DNA of 64,000 bases from Chloroflexota bacterium (GCA_039822165.1 JBCBMS010000017.1:59713-123712); one strand, 5' to 3'; positions 27,858-38,765 are shown, numbered from the stretch's first letter. Translations and numbers: made by a program. The notes: generated by a model from the letters alone, not told the origin.

Positions 27858-29840
27858 TCAGTCGCCCGGAGCCGGTTCCAATGCACTGTCACCGTCCGGT
27901 TTCTTTTCCCCGAACTGCGTATCGTGCAGTTCCGCGTACAGGCCGCCCTCTGCCAGCAGATCATCGTGGGTGCCGCGCTCCACAATCTGGCCGCGATCCA
28001 TCACCAGAATCTCGTCCGCGCTGCGAACCGTGCTCAGGCGGTGCGCAATGACGATGCTGGTGCGGTTCACCATCACGCGACTGAGCGCATCCTGAATCAA
28101 CGCCTCGCTCTCACTGTCCAGATGGCTCGTCGCCTCGTCCAGCACCAGAATACGCGGGTCTTTGAGGATCACACGGGCAATGGCAATGCGCTGCTTTTCA
28201 CCGCCAGAGAGCCTGTAGCCGCGCTCACCGGCGATAGTGTCGTAGCCCTCATCCAGCCCCATGATGAAGTCATGGATGTTGGCGGCTTTCGCGGCCTCGT
28301 GGACTTCTTCGGTTGTTGCGTCCGGCTTTGCGTAAAGCAGGTTGTTGAGAATCGTGTCGTTGAACAGGTAGGTTTCCTGCGTCACCATGCCTATATTCTC
28401 TGCCAGCGCGTCCAGTTGCAGGTCGCGCAGGTCGTGCCCGTCCAGCGTAATGCGGCCCTCGGTCGGGTCGTACAGGCGCGGGATGAGATAGGTCATCGTT
28501 GTTTTACCAGCGCCACTCGGCCCCACCAGCGCTACCAGTTCACCCGGCTCAATCTTGAACGAGATGTCCGTGAGCGCGGTTTCACGTGCCTGGTGCTTCA
28601 CGCTATCTTCGCTGTCATCTTCCTGCTTATCCTCGTCGTTGCTACTTTTCGGCTTTCTGCCAGATTTTGTGTGCTCCCCGGCAGCGCCCACACGCTCCAC
28701 GTCACTGAGCAGACCGCCCGTAATCGCGGCATAGTTAAACGTCACGTTCTCGAACACAATTGCGCCGCGTGCGTCCTCAATTTTGACAGCGTTCTCTTTT
28801 TCTTCGATGTCCAGCGGCAGGTCAATCACCTCGAACACGCGCTCAAAGCTGACAATGCTCGTCACAAATGCCACGGGAGCCGTTGCCAGTGCCTGCAATG
28901 GCCCGTAAAGCTGCGCCAGGTACGTGCCGAATGCCACGACCGTGCCGATTTCCAGATCGTCGTTGATGACCATGTAGCCGCCAATCCAGAACACAATCGC
29001 CGTGCCAATCGCGCCAATCTGCGCGATGAAAGCAAATAGCTGCGTACCCACAATCGCCCGCTGGATGCCAATATCACGCACTTCGGCGGCGTCTTTGCCA
29101 AACTGCGAGACTTCATCGCCGCGCCGCCCGAACAATTTCACCAGCAGCACACCGCTCACATTGAGCGTTTCGTTCATGCGGGCGTTCATATCCGCGTTGT
29201 ATTCCATCGCCTCCCGGACGAGTGCCCGCAGGCGTTTACCCACACGCTGCGCCGCATAAATGAACCCCGGCAGCACCAGCAGCCCGATAATCGTCAGTCG
29301 CCACTCCAGGTAGAGCATCACACCGAGTGTGGCCGCGACGGTTAGCGCATTGGTGATAATGTCCACAGTCGTATTGCTGATGGCGTCCTGGGCGTTTACC
29401 ACGTCGTTGTTCAGGCGGCTCATGAGTTCGCCGGTACGTGTGTTGGTAAAAAAGCGCAGGCTCATACGCTGCATGTGTTTATACAGCGCCACACGCAGGT
29501 CATAAATCACGCCTTCGCCCACGCTGGCGTTCAGCCAGCGCTGCACAATCCGCAGTAGCGCACTGAAGATCGGGATAATCAACAGGGCCAGCGCCAGCAT
29601 ATTTAACTGCGACAGGTTCTGGTTTGGCAGCGTTCGGTCAATCAACTGCCGGATAATCAACGGGGAAATCAACCCCAGCCCGGTCGAAACCAGAATCAGC
29701 GCCAGCATAGCAGCGATTTTGCCCACATAGGGGCGGGCATACGTCAGCACGCGCCGCACCAGTGCCCATGTGACCTTCTGCCTGTCGTTATCGTCTGCAC
29801 TGTTGTTAAACACATAGCGGTACATGCCACTCATGCCCAT
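27858..29840 (-). CDS. ABC transporter, fused permease/ATP-binding protein (exporter, MsbA-like)
   Basis: Six-TM transmembrane domain followed by Walker A GPSGAGKTT, LSGGEKQR signature, and Walker B ILVLDEATS. An unusual ~60-aa acidic insertion sits in the nucleotide-binding domain. Confidence 0.9.
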   Translation of the reverse strand: MGMSGMYRYVFNNSADDNDRQKVTWALVRRVLTYARPYVGKIAAMLALILVSTGLGLISPLIIRQLIDRTLPNQNLSQLNMLALALLIIPIFSALLRIVQRWLNASVGEGVIYDLRVALYKHMQRMSLRFFTNTRTGELMSRLNNDVVNAQDAISNTTVDIITNALTVAATLGVMLYLEWRLTIIGLLVLPGFIYAAQRVGKRLRALVREAMEYNADMNARMNETLNVSGVLLVKLFGRRGDEVSQFGKDAAEVRDIGIQRAIVGTQLFAFIAQIGAIGTAIVFWIGGYMVINDDLEIGTVVAFGTYLAQLYGPLQALATAPVAFVTSIVSFERVFEVIDLPLDIEEKENAVKIEDARGAIVFENVTFNYAAITGGLLSDVERVGAAGEHTKSGRKPKSSNDEDKQEDDSEDSVKHQARETALTDISFKIEPGELVALVGPSGAGKTTMTYLIPRLYDPTEGRITLDGHDLRDLQLDALAENIGMVTQETYLFNDTILNNLLYAKPDATTEEVHEAAKAANIHDFIMGLDEGYDTIAGERGYRLSGGEKQRIAIARVILKDPRILVLDEATSHLDSESEALIQDALSRVMVNRTSIVIAHRLSTVRSADEILVMDRGQIVERGTHDDLLAEGGLYAELHDTQFGEKKPDGDSALEPAPGD

Positions 29841-29971
29841 AGCGTTCCTCTTTTTTCTCTAATTCGAGATTTAACTATTCTATGTTAGTATCTCGTTCGC
29901 AAAGATGCACTCGATAATCCGGTCAGCATTCTAACAGACGCACCTGACCGAATGTGTGGGATGAGCATACT

Positions 29972-30424
29972 ATGGTTAAAGACCTCGAAGACAGCCCCGA
30001 GGCGCTGGTTAATGGCGTCTACCGGCAGGTAAGCGATGCGGGAGCTATTGTCGTGTACGGCGTCCGGGTAAAGGCCCGCCGTGCCACTAACCGGTGGGGA
30101 CAGATGGTGATGCAGGATGCAGAAACCTGGCCCGACGATGCGCCTTACCTCACCATGCATTACTTCACTGAAGGGGCTGTGGAGCAAACGCCATACAACC
30201 GGGCAGCGGCAACCCGCATGGCCCGCACCATCCCGCGCAGTTTGCAGGGGCGTATGGCCGTTGTCATCGAGGATATTCCGCTGGCCCACATGGCCCGGAC
30301 GTTTACCGGTTATATGCTGGGGCTGCTGCTGCCGCGTGGCGTGCAATCTGCCGTGTTTACCGACTATGACGAAGGGCTGGCGTGGCTACAGGAAGCCCTG
30401 CCAGACTCACCCGTCCTGCGGTAG
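29972..30424 (+). CDS. hypothetical protein
   Basis: ORF with no recognisable motif. Its 3' end overlaps the convergent kinase gene by 18 nt. Confidence 0.3.
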   Translation: MVKDLEDSPEALVNGVYRQVSDAGAIVVYGVRVKARRATNRWGQMVMQDAETWPDDAPYLTMHYFTEGAVEQTPYNRAAATRMARTIPRSLQGRMAVVIEDIPLAHMARTFTGYMLGLLLPRGVQSAVFTDYDEGLAWLQEALPDSPVLR

Positions 30425-31504
30425 GCTGATGCGAACGACAGTGCCCTTACCCACCTCGCTTTTAATCTGCATATAGCCATCGTGCATGCGCACAAGCTGC
30501 CGCACAATGGCCAGCCCCAGCCCGGAACCCTGCTGCTCGTGAATTGCCCGGTCGAACTGCATGTAGGCACCGATGTTGTCTAGCTGTTCGGTAGCCATGC
30601 CCCGGCCAAAGTCCTGGACTTGCAGCATGAAGATACGGTCTTTGACGCCGGTCTTCAGGTAAACCGGGGTGCCGGGGTCTGAAAATTTGAAGGCGTTATC
30701 CACTACCTCATACACAATCTTGCGCAGGTTCTCAGCGGTCATGCGGATGGCGGTAGATTCCTGATCTGTTTTCAGATCACCAGCCCGTTCATAGTGCTGT
30801 GCGCGTTCCTCGGCAACCACTTCGATGTTACGCTGTGTTTTGATGATGGTATTCCGCAGGCCGGCCCGCTGGGTGGGGTTGGCTTCTATCAGTTGTAGCT
30901 GGGCATAGGCCAGGTAGTTTTCAATGAGGTGGTACAGCCGGTCGGCGGCTTTGAGGATGCTCCCGGCATACTCCTGTATGTCGTCCATGCCGTTGTCTTC
31001 GGCTTCCATCTCAATGATTTCTGCAAACCCGCGCATGTGGGAAAGCGGCGTGCGTAGTTCGTGGGGGAGTGCATAGGCGATGTTGGTACGCAGGACCGTG
31101 AGTGTGGAGCCGAATTTTTCCTCCATACGGCGGGCGCGGTTCAACTGGGCGGCAATGGCCTGTTCCAGTTCGTGCATGGTGAAAGGTTTCACCAGGTAGG
31201 CATCCACACCGGCCAACCCTGCCTCCTGCCTGTACTCGCCAGAGATCAAAATGGTGGGGACGGAGCGCGTGTACATTTTACGCTGAAGCTGACGAAATAC
31301 ATCGAGGCCGTTCTGGTCGGGCAACTGTACGTCGCACACCACCACATCGGGCACGGCTTCCTCAATCCGCTGGAAGCCCTCGCCGGCATCCTCGGCGTGC
31401 ATAAAGTGGTAATTCGACTGTGCAAAATGAATGTTAACCTGCCGGTGCAGCGATGGATCGTCGTCAATCAACAGAATAGTAGAACGTGTGGCGGTGAGGT
31501 TCAT
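30407..31504 (-). CDS. hybrid response-regulator/histidine kinase (REC–HisKA–HATPase_c)
   Basis: N-terminal receiver domain (ILLIDDD...DVVVCDVQLPDQNGLDV...LVKPF). H-box HELRTPLSHMRGF. G-boxes DFGRGM and GSGLGL. No sensor domain. Confidence 0.85.
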   Translation of the reverse strand: MNLTATRSTILLIDDDPSLHRQVNIHFAQSNYHFMHAEDAGEGFQRIEEAVPDVVVCDVQLPDQNGLDVFRQLQRKMYTRSVPTILISGEYRQEAGLAGVDAYLVKPFTMHELEQAIAAQLNRARRMEEKFGSTLTVLRTNIAYALPHELRTPLSHMRGFAEIIEMEAEDNGMDDIQEYAGSILKAADRLYHLIENYLAYAQLQLIEANPTQRAGLRNTIIKTQRNIEVVAEERAQHYERAGDLKTDQESTAIRMTAENLRKIVYEVVDNAFKFSDPGTPVYLKTGVKDRIFMLQVQDFGRGMATEQLDNIGAYMQFDRAIHEQQGSGLGLAIVRQLVRMHDGYMQIKSEVGKGTVVRISLPQDG

Positions 31505-31602
31505 TGGACTGCTTCCCGTAGCGCAACAATAAACGTTCTATAACTATAGCATAAAACAGGTGTTTGTTAAGTAAATTAAATTAATGTTCTGGTTGAATCA
31601 GA

Positions 31603-32124
31603 CTACTGCTTCTCAGTGCGTTCTACCAGCGCACTCAGCACGTTATAAATAATGGGGCACAGTCCCGCGCCCTCTATCGTATCGTCCAGTGTCCAGCGAA
31701 AATCGGGCGTGAACATGGGGTAGGTGCGGCAGGTTTCCGGTCGATGCTCATATACACTGCACAGCTTGCCCTTCAAAAACGCGCACGGGCTGGTGCTGAA
31801 CTTGCCCCACTCGCCCACCTGCTGCGCCTCGTCATGATCGACATAATGCACGCTGATCTCGTCCAGCGGAATGTGCAGCCCATCGGAGAGGCGCTGTGCA
31901 TCCTCCGGCACCAGGTACACATTCAGGCTGCGGCAGCAGTTGGCACACTGCGTGCAGTCAACAGCAGCGACAATCGGCGCGGCAATCTCATCGACCATCG
32001 CGTCAATCTCCGCGTCGGTCAGGTCATCACGGAACTCCAGATAGTGGCGCAGCACATCAAATTCGTCGTGGCGCTGTGCCGCCAGCCGTTTAATCTCGTC
32101 CAGGTCGGTGATAAGCGGTTTCAC
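31603..32124 (-). CDS. YkgJ/UPF0153 family cysteine-cluster protein
   Basis: CTQCANCC plus a second CxxxxC/CP cluster; YkgJ-type Fe-S/Zn motif. Confidence 0.55.
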   Translation of the reverse strand: MKPLITDLDEIKRLAAQRHDEFDVLRHYLEFRDDLTDAEIDAMVDEIAAPIVAAVDCTQCANCCRSLNVYLVPEDAQRLSDGLHIPLDEISVHYVDHDEAQQVGEWGKFSTSPCAFLKGKLCSVYEHRPETCRTYPMFTPDFRWTLDDTIEGAGLCPIIYNVLSALVERTEKQ

Positions 32125-32386
32125 AGGTTGTCCCCGGAACTCTGTTGTCGGTTAAGTGTATTGTAGGGGAGTGCGGGGGCGTGCGCAAAAATGGGCTGTC
32201 ACGATGACAGAAACAACCGCCGTGGGCTGAATGACCACACACATTACCGCTTGCTGAATCCACACCCGGCCCGAAACCGTTCTGGTATATAATGCAAAGT
32301 CCGACGACACCGAGATGCCCCCTATCATGTCGCATCCCGGTGACTTTGCGTGCCATCCAACTGAGTGACAGGTATAAAACAGACGA

Positions 32387-35300
32387 ATGCAATTAACCGG
32401 ACTGCTGGACGTACTGCGACAGACCCCCGCCTACCGTAATCTGCTGGATCACCTGCGCGGCGACGCCGTGGTAGATGACCTCGCGCTGGGTATCATCCGT
32501 GCGGCGCGGCCCTATGTGCTGGCCACCCTCGCCGGGGACTGGAATGGCCCGATCATCTTCGTGACTGCCCGCCCGGAGAATGCCTACAACGCCGCCGAGC
32601 AACTCCCGGTGTGGCTACCCACAGAGCGCGTCACGCGCTTTAACGAGCCGACACCGGCGTTTTATGAGCGCAGCGCATGGGGAGAGAGCGCCGTCAGCGG
32701 GCGCATTGCCGCGCTGGCCGCCCTGATGGACGACACGCCAGAAACCCCGCACCCGGTCGTGGTGGTATCAGCGCGGGCACTGATGCAGCGCACCCTACCA
32801 GCAAACCTGTTCCGCAAAGAGACGATCACGCTGCGCGAGGCCGGACAGCAGGATCCGCTGCACCTGCTGGAAAAACTCAACGGCATTGGCTATACGTCGG
32901 TTTCGCTGGTGGTGGAACCCGGCACCTACAGCAAACGCGGCGGCATCGTGGATGTGTACCCGGTTACAGCGACGGAACCGGTGCGCGTTGACTTTTTCGA
33001 CGACGAAATCGATAGCATCCGCACGTTTGATCCCGACTCACAGCGGTCACTGGCGCGGCTGAACGAGGTACGCATTACCCCGGCCCGTGAGGCGCTGCCA
33101 ACGCTCACGCCGCCGCTGGCCACCCACCTGAAGGACTGGTTCGGCACGCTGGCCGATACCGAAGACGATTCGGCCAGCCCGGTGAATGACGCGGCCCTGC
33201 TGGAAACTGGAGCCGGGTTCACATTCGTGGAGCATTACCTGCCCTACCTGTACACACATCCGGTCAGTCTGCTGGATTATGCCTCCGGCGATGCCCTGGT
33301 GGTGGTGGATGACTGGGACGCGCTCCACGACACGATAGAAGAACTGGAAGCCGAAGCCGAAACCAACCGCGAAGACAAACTCAGCATCAACGAACTGCCG
33401 CCAGACTACCCCATGCCCTACCTGACGTGGGGAGAAATTGAAGCGGCACTCAACGAGCGCAACACCGTGCGGCTGGGGTCGTCGGCGTATATGGACATGG
33501 ATGTGGAAAGTGCCGTGGGCGCTGGCCCGACGTTGTTTGGCGGGTTATTTACGCCGGGGGAGCGGTTTGGCGGCATGCTCAAGCCGATGCTGCGCCGCGT
33601 GCGCGAACTGAAAGACAACAACGAGCGCATTGTCATGGTTACAGAGCAGGCCAATCGCATCGCGGAGTTGTGGCGCGAACAGGACACCTACGCGCCGCTG
33701 GTCGATTCGCTGGCGGAGACGCCGAACCCCGGTGCGCCGGTGTTTATGCACGGTGTGCTGCGTGAGGGATGGCGTTTGCAGACCGGGGAGACGCACCTGC
33801 ACCTGTTCACAGACGCGGAGGTGTTCGGATGGCGACGGGCAGAGCCGCGCCGCCGCAAAGTGGCCCGCCGCGCGAAAACCCGCGCCCGCATGGAATATGC
33901 CGACTGGGCCGAGGGTGATTATGTGGTGCATCAGGACTATGGCGTGGGGCAGTTCGCCGGGACGAAACGCCGCACTATTGAGGACGTAGAGCGTGAGTAC
34001 CTGATGGTGACGTACAATCGCGGCTCTCAGTTATTTGTGCCTATCCACCAGGCCGACCGACTGACGCGCTACGTTGGCCCGGACGAAACGCCGCCACCAC
34101 TCACCACACTCGGTGGCCAGGAGTGGGAAAAGGCGAAGTCGAAAACGCAGAAGAACGTCGAGGAAGAAGCCCGCGAACTGCTTGACCTGTACGCAAAGCG
34201 GGCAAAAGCCCCCGGCTACGCCTTCGCGCAGGATACCCCGTGGCAGAACGAACTGGAGGCATCTTTCCCATATATCGAAACGGATGACCAGCTACGCGCC
34301 GTGCGAGAGGTCAAGCACGATATGGAAGCCCCACACCCGATGGACAGGCTTATCTGTGGTGATGCCGGGTATGGTAAAACCGAGGTGGCAGTACGCGCCG
34401 CGTTCAAGGCGTTGCAGGATGGCAAACAGGTGGCCGTTCTGGTTCCGACGACCGTGCTGGCGCAGCAGCACTACGAGACATTCAAAGAACGCATGGCCGC
34501 CTTCCCCGTAGAGGTAGAGCAGTTGAGCCGGTTCCGCACCCAGGACGAGCAGAACAAAACCGTCGATAAGATTGGCACGGGTGAGGCTGACGTGATTGTG
34601 GGCACACATCGCCTGCTGAGTAAGGACATCCGGTTCAAAGAACTCGGTCTGGTCATCATTGATGAGGAGCAGCGATTCGGTGTAAAGCAAAAAGAACATT
34701 TCAAGAAGCTGCGCTCACAGGTGGATGTCATCACCCTGACCGCGACACCGATCCCGCGCACCATGCAGATGGCACTCTCTGGTGTGCGTGACATCAGCAT
34801 GATCCAGACACCGCCGGAAGAACGCCTGCCGGTCATCACGCACGTCGGCCCGTTTGACCGCAAGCTGGTACGTGCGGCAGTGAATCGCGAGTTAGAGCGC
34901 GGCGGGCAGATTTTCTTTGTGCATAATCGCGTGCGCACGATCCATAACGTGCGTGAACAGTTGGAGGAGATTGTGCCGGAAGCGCGAATTGTTGTCGCGC
35001 ACGGCCAGATGGACGGGCGCACACTGGGTGCGATCATGCGGGCGTTTGCACGCGGCGAGTACGATATTCTGCTGGCCACGTCGATTATCGAGAGCGGCAT
35101 CGACATCCCGAACGCCAACACACTGATTATTGACCGGGCGGACTGGTTCGGCCTGTCGCAGTTGTATCAGATTCGTGGACGTGTGGGGCGCGGCGCACAG
35201 CAGGCCTATGCGTATATTTTCCATCCTCCGGCCAGTAAACTGACCGGCGAGGCCCGCGCCCGTCTGGAAACTATCGCGGAGAACACGCAGCTTGGCGCGG

Positions 35301-35938
35301 GCTTCCAGATTGCGCTGCGTGACCTCGAAATTCGAGGCGCAGGTAACATCCTCTCCACAAAACAGAGCGGTCACGTGGCGGCAGTGGGGCTGTTCCTCTA
35401 CACGCAGATGCTGGCAACCGCCGTGGAGAAAATCAAGCAGGAAGAAAACTTCGACCTGAGCAATGCCAGCCAGAAACCACAGTCATCCGAGAGCGTGATC
35501 CTTGACCTGCCAACACCGGCCTACATCCCCACAGACTGGATCCCGGAGATGGCGCTGCGCCTGCAAATATATCGTCGCATTGCCGCGCTGGAAACCCGCG
35601 ACCAGGTGGAATACATGCGCGAGGAGTTGCAGGATCGCTTCGGGGTGCTGCCCCCGGCAGTGCTGGGCCTGCTCTATCAGATTGACGTGAAAATTCTGGC
35701 GCTCACGGCGGGTGCAACTGCCGTGCAGCACCGCGACGAGTTTGTACGTATACGGCTGCCGTACCTGCCGAACATCGACCGCAAAGCCCTCGCCCAAACA
35801 CTGGGCGCGGATGTGAAGGTGACGCGCACGGCAGTCGAAATGCCGCTGTATAAGGATGACATGGGCGCGTGGCAGGGGAACCTGCTGTCTCTGCTGGAAA
35901 AACTGGCGCTGGGTGTGGAAGAAGGTGTGATGGCGTAG
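32387..35938 (+). CDS. mfd: transcription-repair coupling factor
   Basis: 1183 aa. UvrB-homology N-terminus, RNAP-interaction domain, superfamily-2 helicase motifs (GDAGYGKTEVA, DEEQRFG), and a TRG/CarD region. Confidence 0.95.
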   Translation: MQLTGLLDVLRQTPAYRNLLDHLRGDAVVDDLALGIIRAARPYVLATLAGDWNGPIIFVTARPENAYNAAEQLPVWLPTERVTRFNEPTPAFYERSAWGESAVSGRIAALAALMDDTPETPHPVVVVSARALMQRTLPANLFRKETITLREAGQQDPLHLLEKLNGIGYTSVSLVVEPGTYSKRGGIVDVYPVTATEPVRVDFFDDEIDSIRTFDPDSQRSLARLNEVRITPAREALPTLTPPLATHLKDWFGTLADTEDDSASPVNDAALLETGAGFTFVEHYLPYLYTHPVSLLDYASGDALVVVDDWDALHDTIEELEAEAETNREDKLSINELPPDYPMPYLTWGEIEAALNERNTVRLGSSAYMDMDVESAVGAGPTLFGGLFTPGERFGGMLKPMLRRVRELKDNNERIVMVTEQANRIAELWREQDTYAPLVDSLAETPNPGAPVFMHGVLREGWRLQTGETHLHLFTDAEVFGWRRAEPRRRKVARRAKTRARMEYADWAEGDYVVHQDYGVGQFAGTKRRTIEDVEREYLMVTYNRGSQLFVPIHQADRLTRYVGPDETPPPLTTLGGQEWEKAKSKTQKNVEEEARELLDLYAKRAKAPGYAFAQDTPWQNELEASFPYIETDDQLRAVREVKHDMEAPHPMDRLICGDAGYGKTEVAVRAAFKALQDGKQVAVLVPTTVLAQQHYETFKERMAAFPVEVEQLSRFRTQDEQNKTVDKIGTGEADVIVGTHRLLSKDIRFKELGLVIIDEEQRFGVKQKEHFKKLRSQVDVITLTATPIPRTMQMALSGVRDISMIQTPPEERLPVITHVGPFDRKLVRAAVNRELERGGQIFFVHNRVRTIHNVREQLEEIVPEARIVVAHGQMDGRTLGAIMRAFARGEYDILLATSIIESGIDIPNANTLIIDRADWFGLSQLYQIRGRVGRGAQQAYAYIFHPPASKLTGEARARLETIAENTQLGAGFQIALRDLEIRGAGNILSTKQSGHVAAVGLFLYTQMLATAVEKIKQEENFDLSNASQKPQSSESVILDLPTPAYIPTDWIPEMALRLQIYRRIAALETRDQVEYMREELQDRFGVLPPAVLGLLYQIDVKILALTAGATAVQHRDEFVRIRLPYLPNIDRKALAQTLGADVKVTRTAVEMPLYKDDMGAWQGNLLSLLEKLALGVEEGVMA

Positions 35939-35946
35939 GCACAGAT

Positions 35947-35976
35947 CAGGGGGCGGCACGTTGCGCCGCTCCCCTG
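35947..35976. repeat. degenerate GC-rich hairpin (REP-like) between mfd and the convergent gene
   Basis: CAGGGGGCGGCACGTTGCGCCGCTCCCCTG. Confidence 0.45.
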
Positions 35977-36366
35977 TCATGTTGCAACGGTAGCAGTATG
36001 TCCCACATGTGGTGTTGTGCGGGCAATTTGAATCATCACAACAGCAATGGGCAATACAATCCAGAACCCGGAGCCAGGCATCATCACCACGCCCACTATG
36101 GACAGAATCAGCAGCGTCAGGCCCATGAATACAGGCAGTGTACCCGTTCTGTCCAGCATCCATTGTGCGGCCAGTCCGGTCAGCAGGATAAAGACACCGG
36201 AGATGAAGAACCAGAACGCCGCATCCCGGTCCCACTCATACGGGACGATTGAGTTAATGATGCCCGCCTGCCCGATTTCCTCCAGAATGTCGAAGTAGAA
36301 ATAGATTCCGACAATCTGGTGAATGAAAGACACGCCGACCAGAATGCTGCCGATGTTTTTACGCAT
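35977..36366 (-). CDS. hypothetical membrane protein
   Basis: Four predicted TM helices. Start chosen at MRKNIGS (36366). Overlaps the upstream gene by 8 nt. Confidence 0.4.
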   Translation of the reverse strand: MRKNIGSILVGVSFIHQIVGIYFYFDILEEIGQAGIINSIVPYEWDRDAAFWFFISGVFILLTGLAAQWMLDRTGTLPVFMGLTLLILSIVGVVMMPGSGFWIVLPIAVVMIQIARTTPHVGHTATVAT

Positions 36367-36886
36367 GTTGAAACCCTCCCCGGTTGCGCTGGTAGGCCGC
36401 ACCAGCATGCATCATGCTGCGCACGACCATGTGATGAAATGGACGTATCACGTTGAAGTAGACCGGGCCAGACCAGGCGTGGTAGTACACGGTGGTGCCC
36501 ACATGAAAGCGATTACGCCCGTCTGTCAAAGGTTCCAGCGCAATCAGGACATTTGCCGTCAGGTGCTTATCGGTTGCGCCTGCCACCCAGTAGGCATGTT
36601 CCTGTGCAGCTTTCACCACGAAAATTGTGCCATCGCCGCCCACAGAAAAATCAATTTCTTCCGGTGACAGATTCGGGAGTTGTGGCAGGTTTTCCTGCTT
36701 CATCCCCAGTACACGTACAAAAACCGCACGCACGCCGTACAACCCGCGTATCCACCACGGGTAAAACGACAGAAACCCGGCAAGAAATTCTCTCAGTGAA
36801 ACATCACTCTCGATGGTTTTGACATCGAAATGGTCAGGGGCGTCCAGATAAGGTCGCAACGCTTCGACTGTATGCAGGTAGCTCAT
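36359..36886 (-). CDS. DUF2867-like protein
   Basis: Weak recollection of the DUF2867 signature (SPEEIDFSVGGDGTIF). Overlaps the tetR gene stop by 4 nt. Confidence 0.45.
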   Translation of the reverse strand: MSYLHTVEALRPYLDAPDHFDVKTIESDVSLREFLAGFLSFYPWWIRGLYGVRAVFVRVLGMKQENLPQLPNLSPEEIDFSVGGDGTIFVVKAAQEHAYWVAGATDKHLTANVLIALEPLTDGRNRFHVGTTVYYHAWSGPVYFNVIRPFHHMVVRSMMHAGAAYQRNRGGFQHA

Positions 36887-37440
36887 TCGGCTTCCATCTC
36901 CTTGATCTTTCGTAGTGTAAGTTGCCCGATCAGGTCATACATACGGGCGAGTTCGGTCTTGCTGGCGGGTGGCATCATTTGCGCACTGCCAATGAGAATC
37001 GCGTAAACCATCTGCGCCATTGTCCGGGCCAGTACGGCATCACCATGCAGCTTCACCTGAAGCTCGACCAGAAAATCGAGCCGCCGCTGGTCTACCCGTT
37101 CCTGAAATTCGTGTGCCATCGGGTCGGTCTGTGCCCATGCACGGATAGCCACTTCAGACGTATCGTGGGTTTCGACCACGAGACCATTGAGGCGCTGGAT
37201 TTGCTCAACCGGTGTCTCGCCTTCCAGGCTGAATGCAATGAACTTTCCGGTGTATTCGTCCTCCCAGTACTGGAGCAACGCCTCCAGATAGGCATGGCGA
37301 CTTTTGAAGTGATGGTAGAAAGAGCCTTTCGTCACGCCGAGCAGGTTGCACATCGCGTCAATCGTAACGGCTTCTACCCCCTCGCGCACGAGGAAGGTCA
37401 ATCCTTCTGCTAGCCAATCTTCACGGGTTCGTCGGGTCAT
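36883..37440 (-). CDS. TetR/AcrR family transcriptional regulator
   Basis: HTH TIDAMCNLLGVTKGSFYHHFKSR. Start at ATG 37440. Confidence 0.8.
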   Translation of the reverse strand: MTRRTREDWLAEGLTFLVREGVEAVTIDAMCNLLGVTKGSFYHHFKSRHAYLEALLQYWEDEYTGKFIAFSLEGETPVEQIQRLNGLVVETHDTSEVAIRAWAQTDPMAHEFQERVDQRRLDFLVELQVKLHGDAVLARTMAQMVYAILIGSAQMMPPASKTELARMYDLIGQLTLRKIKEMEAE

Positions 37441-37536
37441 TGGGTCTCCCTGATCTCCATAAAACATACCATACGGTATGGTATGGTGTCAAGTTAAATA
37501 AAACCCGCTTCGGCAGCGGGTAGAGAATTGTTTAAT

Positions 37537-38694
37537 TTATAGCCCCATGATATGCGTAACCACGGTTGCCCCTGTGCCGCCGATGTTCTGTGACATGCCG
37601 ATTGTGGCGTCTTTCACCTGATTGTCCCCGGCTTCACCGCGCAGTTGCGTCACCAGGTCCACGAGTTCATACACGCCGGTTGCACCCACCGGGTGCCCAC
37701 GCCCCTTGAGGCCGCCCATTGTGCTGATCGGGATGTTGCCGTCCAGCGCAATGTCGCCGTTCTGTGCCAGGTCGGTACCCTTACCGCACGCTGCGAAACC
37801 GGCGGCTTCCAGGCTCATCGTAGCGATAATGGTGAACGCATCATGCAGTTCGAACACGTCGATGTCTGCCGGGGAGAGTCCTGCCTGTTTATACGCCTTG
37901 TTCGCGCTGATCTTCGCGCCGTCCAGTTCAACCAGGCTGCGCCGGTCACCGGTGGCGATGCTATCGGTGCCGGTGGCGCTGGCCAGCACACGCACAGGCT
38001 CTCGTATAGAAAGATCTTTCACCATCTCCATCGGGCACAGAATCATAGCCGCTGCGCCGTCACAGATCGGGGAGCTATCGTGGCGGGTGATGGGATCGGA
38101 GATCACCGGGGAACGGTTATAAGACGCTTCGGTGATGGCCTTGCGGAACATCGCGTTCGGGTTGGCCACGGCGTTGCGGTGCGCATTCACGCTGAAGGGG
38201 GCGAATGCACTGTGCGGCACATTGAACTCGTGCATATAGCGGCGCATCATCATCGCATTCAATCCAACGAACGTTGCCCCATGCACACCTTCAAAGTCGG
38301 CGTCGGCAGCCATCGCCAGCCCTGCGATGATGTCACTGACGGTTGCGTCAGTCATTTTTTCCACGCCGCACACCGCTGCCACGTCAATCATGCCGCTGGC
38401 CACGGCTCTCACGCCCGCCTGGAACGCTGCCCCGCCAGAGGCACATGCGGCCTCAATGGTAGTAGCCTCAATGCCACGCCACCCGACGAAATCTGCGACA
38501 AGTGCGCCCAGATGCGATTGACTGCTGAGGCGTGGGGCCAGCATATTCGCCACATAGAGTGCGTCTGGCATCTGCTCCAGGCCGGCATCAGCCACAGCGG
38601 CATTCAACGCCTCTGCTGCCAGATCACGCAGGCTCCTGTCCCACAGCTCGCCAATGGCCGTCTGCCCGATTCCAATGACTGCGACTTCGCGCAT
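37537..38694 (-). CDS. thiolase-fold protein (SCP-x/archaeal-type acetyl-CoA C-acyltransferase)
   Basis: VAVIGIGQT..., active-site Cys context (EAACASGGAAF), C-terminal GHPVGATG/His region. No adjacent DUF35 OB-fold partner is present. Confidence 0.75.
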   Translation of the reverse strand: MREVAVIGIGQTAIGELWDRSLRDLAAEALNAAVADAGLEQMPDALYVANMLAPRLSSQSHLGALVADFVGWRGIEATTIEAACASGGAAFQAGVRAVASGMIDVAAVCGVEKMTDATVSDIIAGLAMAADADFEGVHGATFVGLNAMMMRRYMHEFNVPHSAFAPFSVNAHRNAVANPNAMFRKAITEASYNRSPVISDPITRHDSSPICDGAAAMILCPMEMVKDLSIREPVRVLASATGTDSIATGDRRSLVELDGAKISANKAYKQAGLSPADIDVFELHDAFTIIATMSLEAAGFAACGKGTDLAQNGDIALDGNIPISTMGGLKGRGHPVGATGVYELVDLVTQLRGEAGDNQVKDATIGMSQNIGGTGATVVTHIMGL

Positions 38695-38765
38695 AGATAG
38701 TGTCCTCGTTGTTTTCACAATGCGTCTACCGTATCATGCACGGGCTATCATTTGCTATCTGATAG

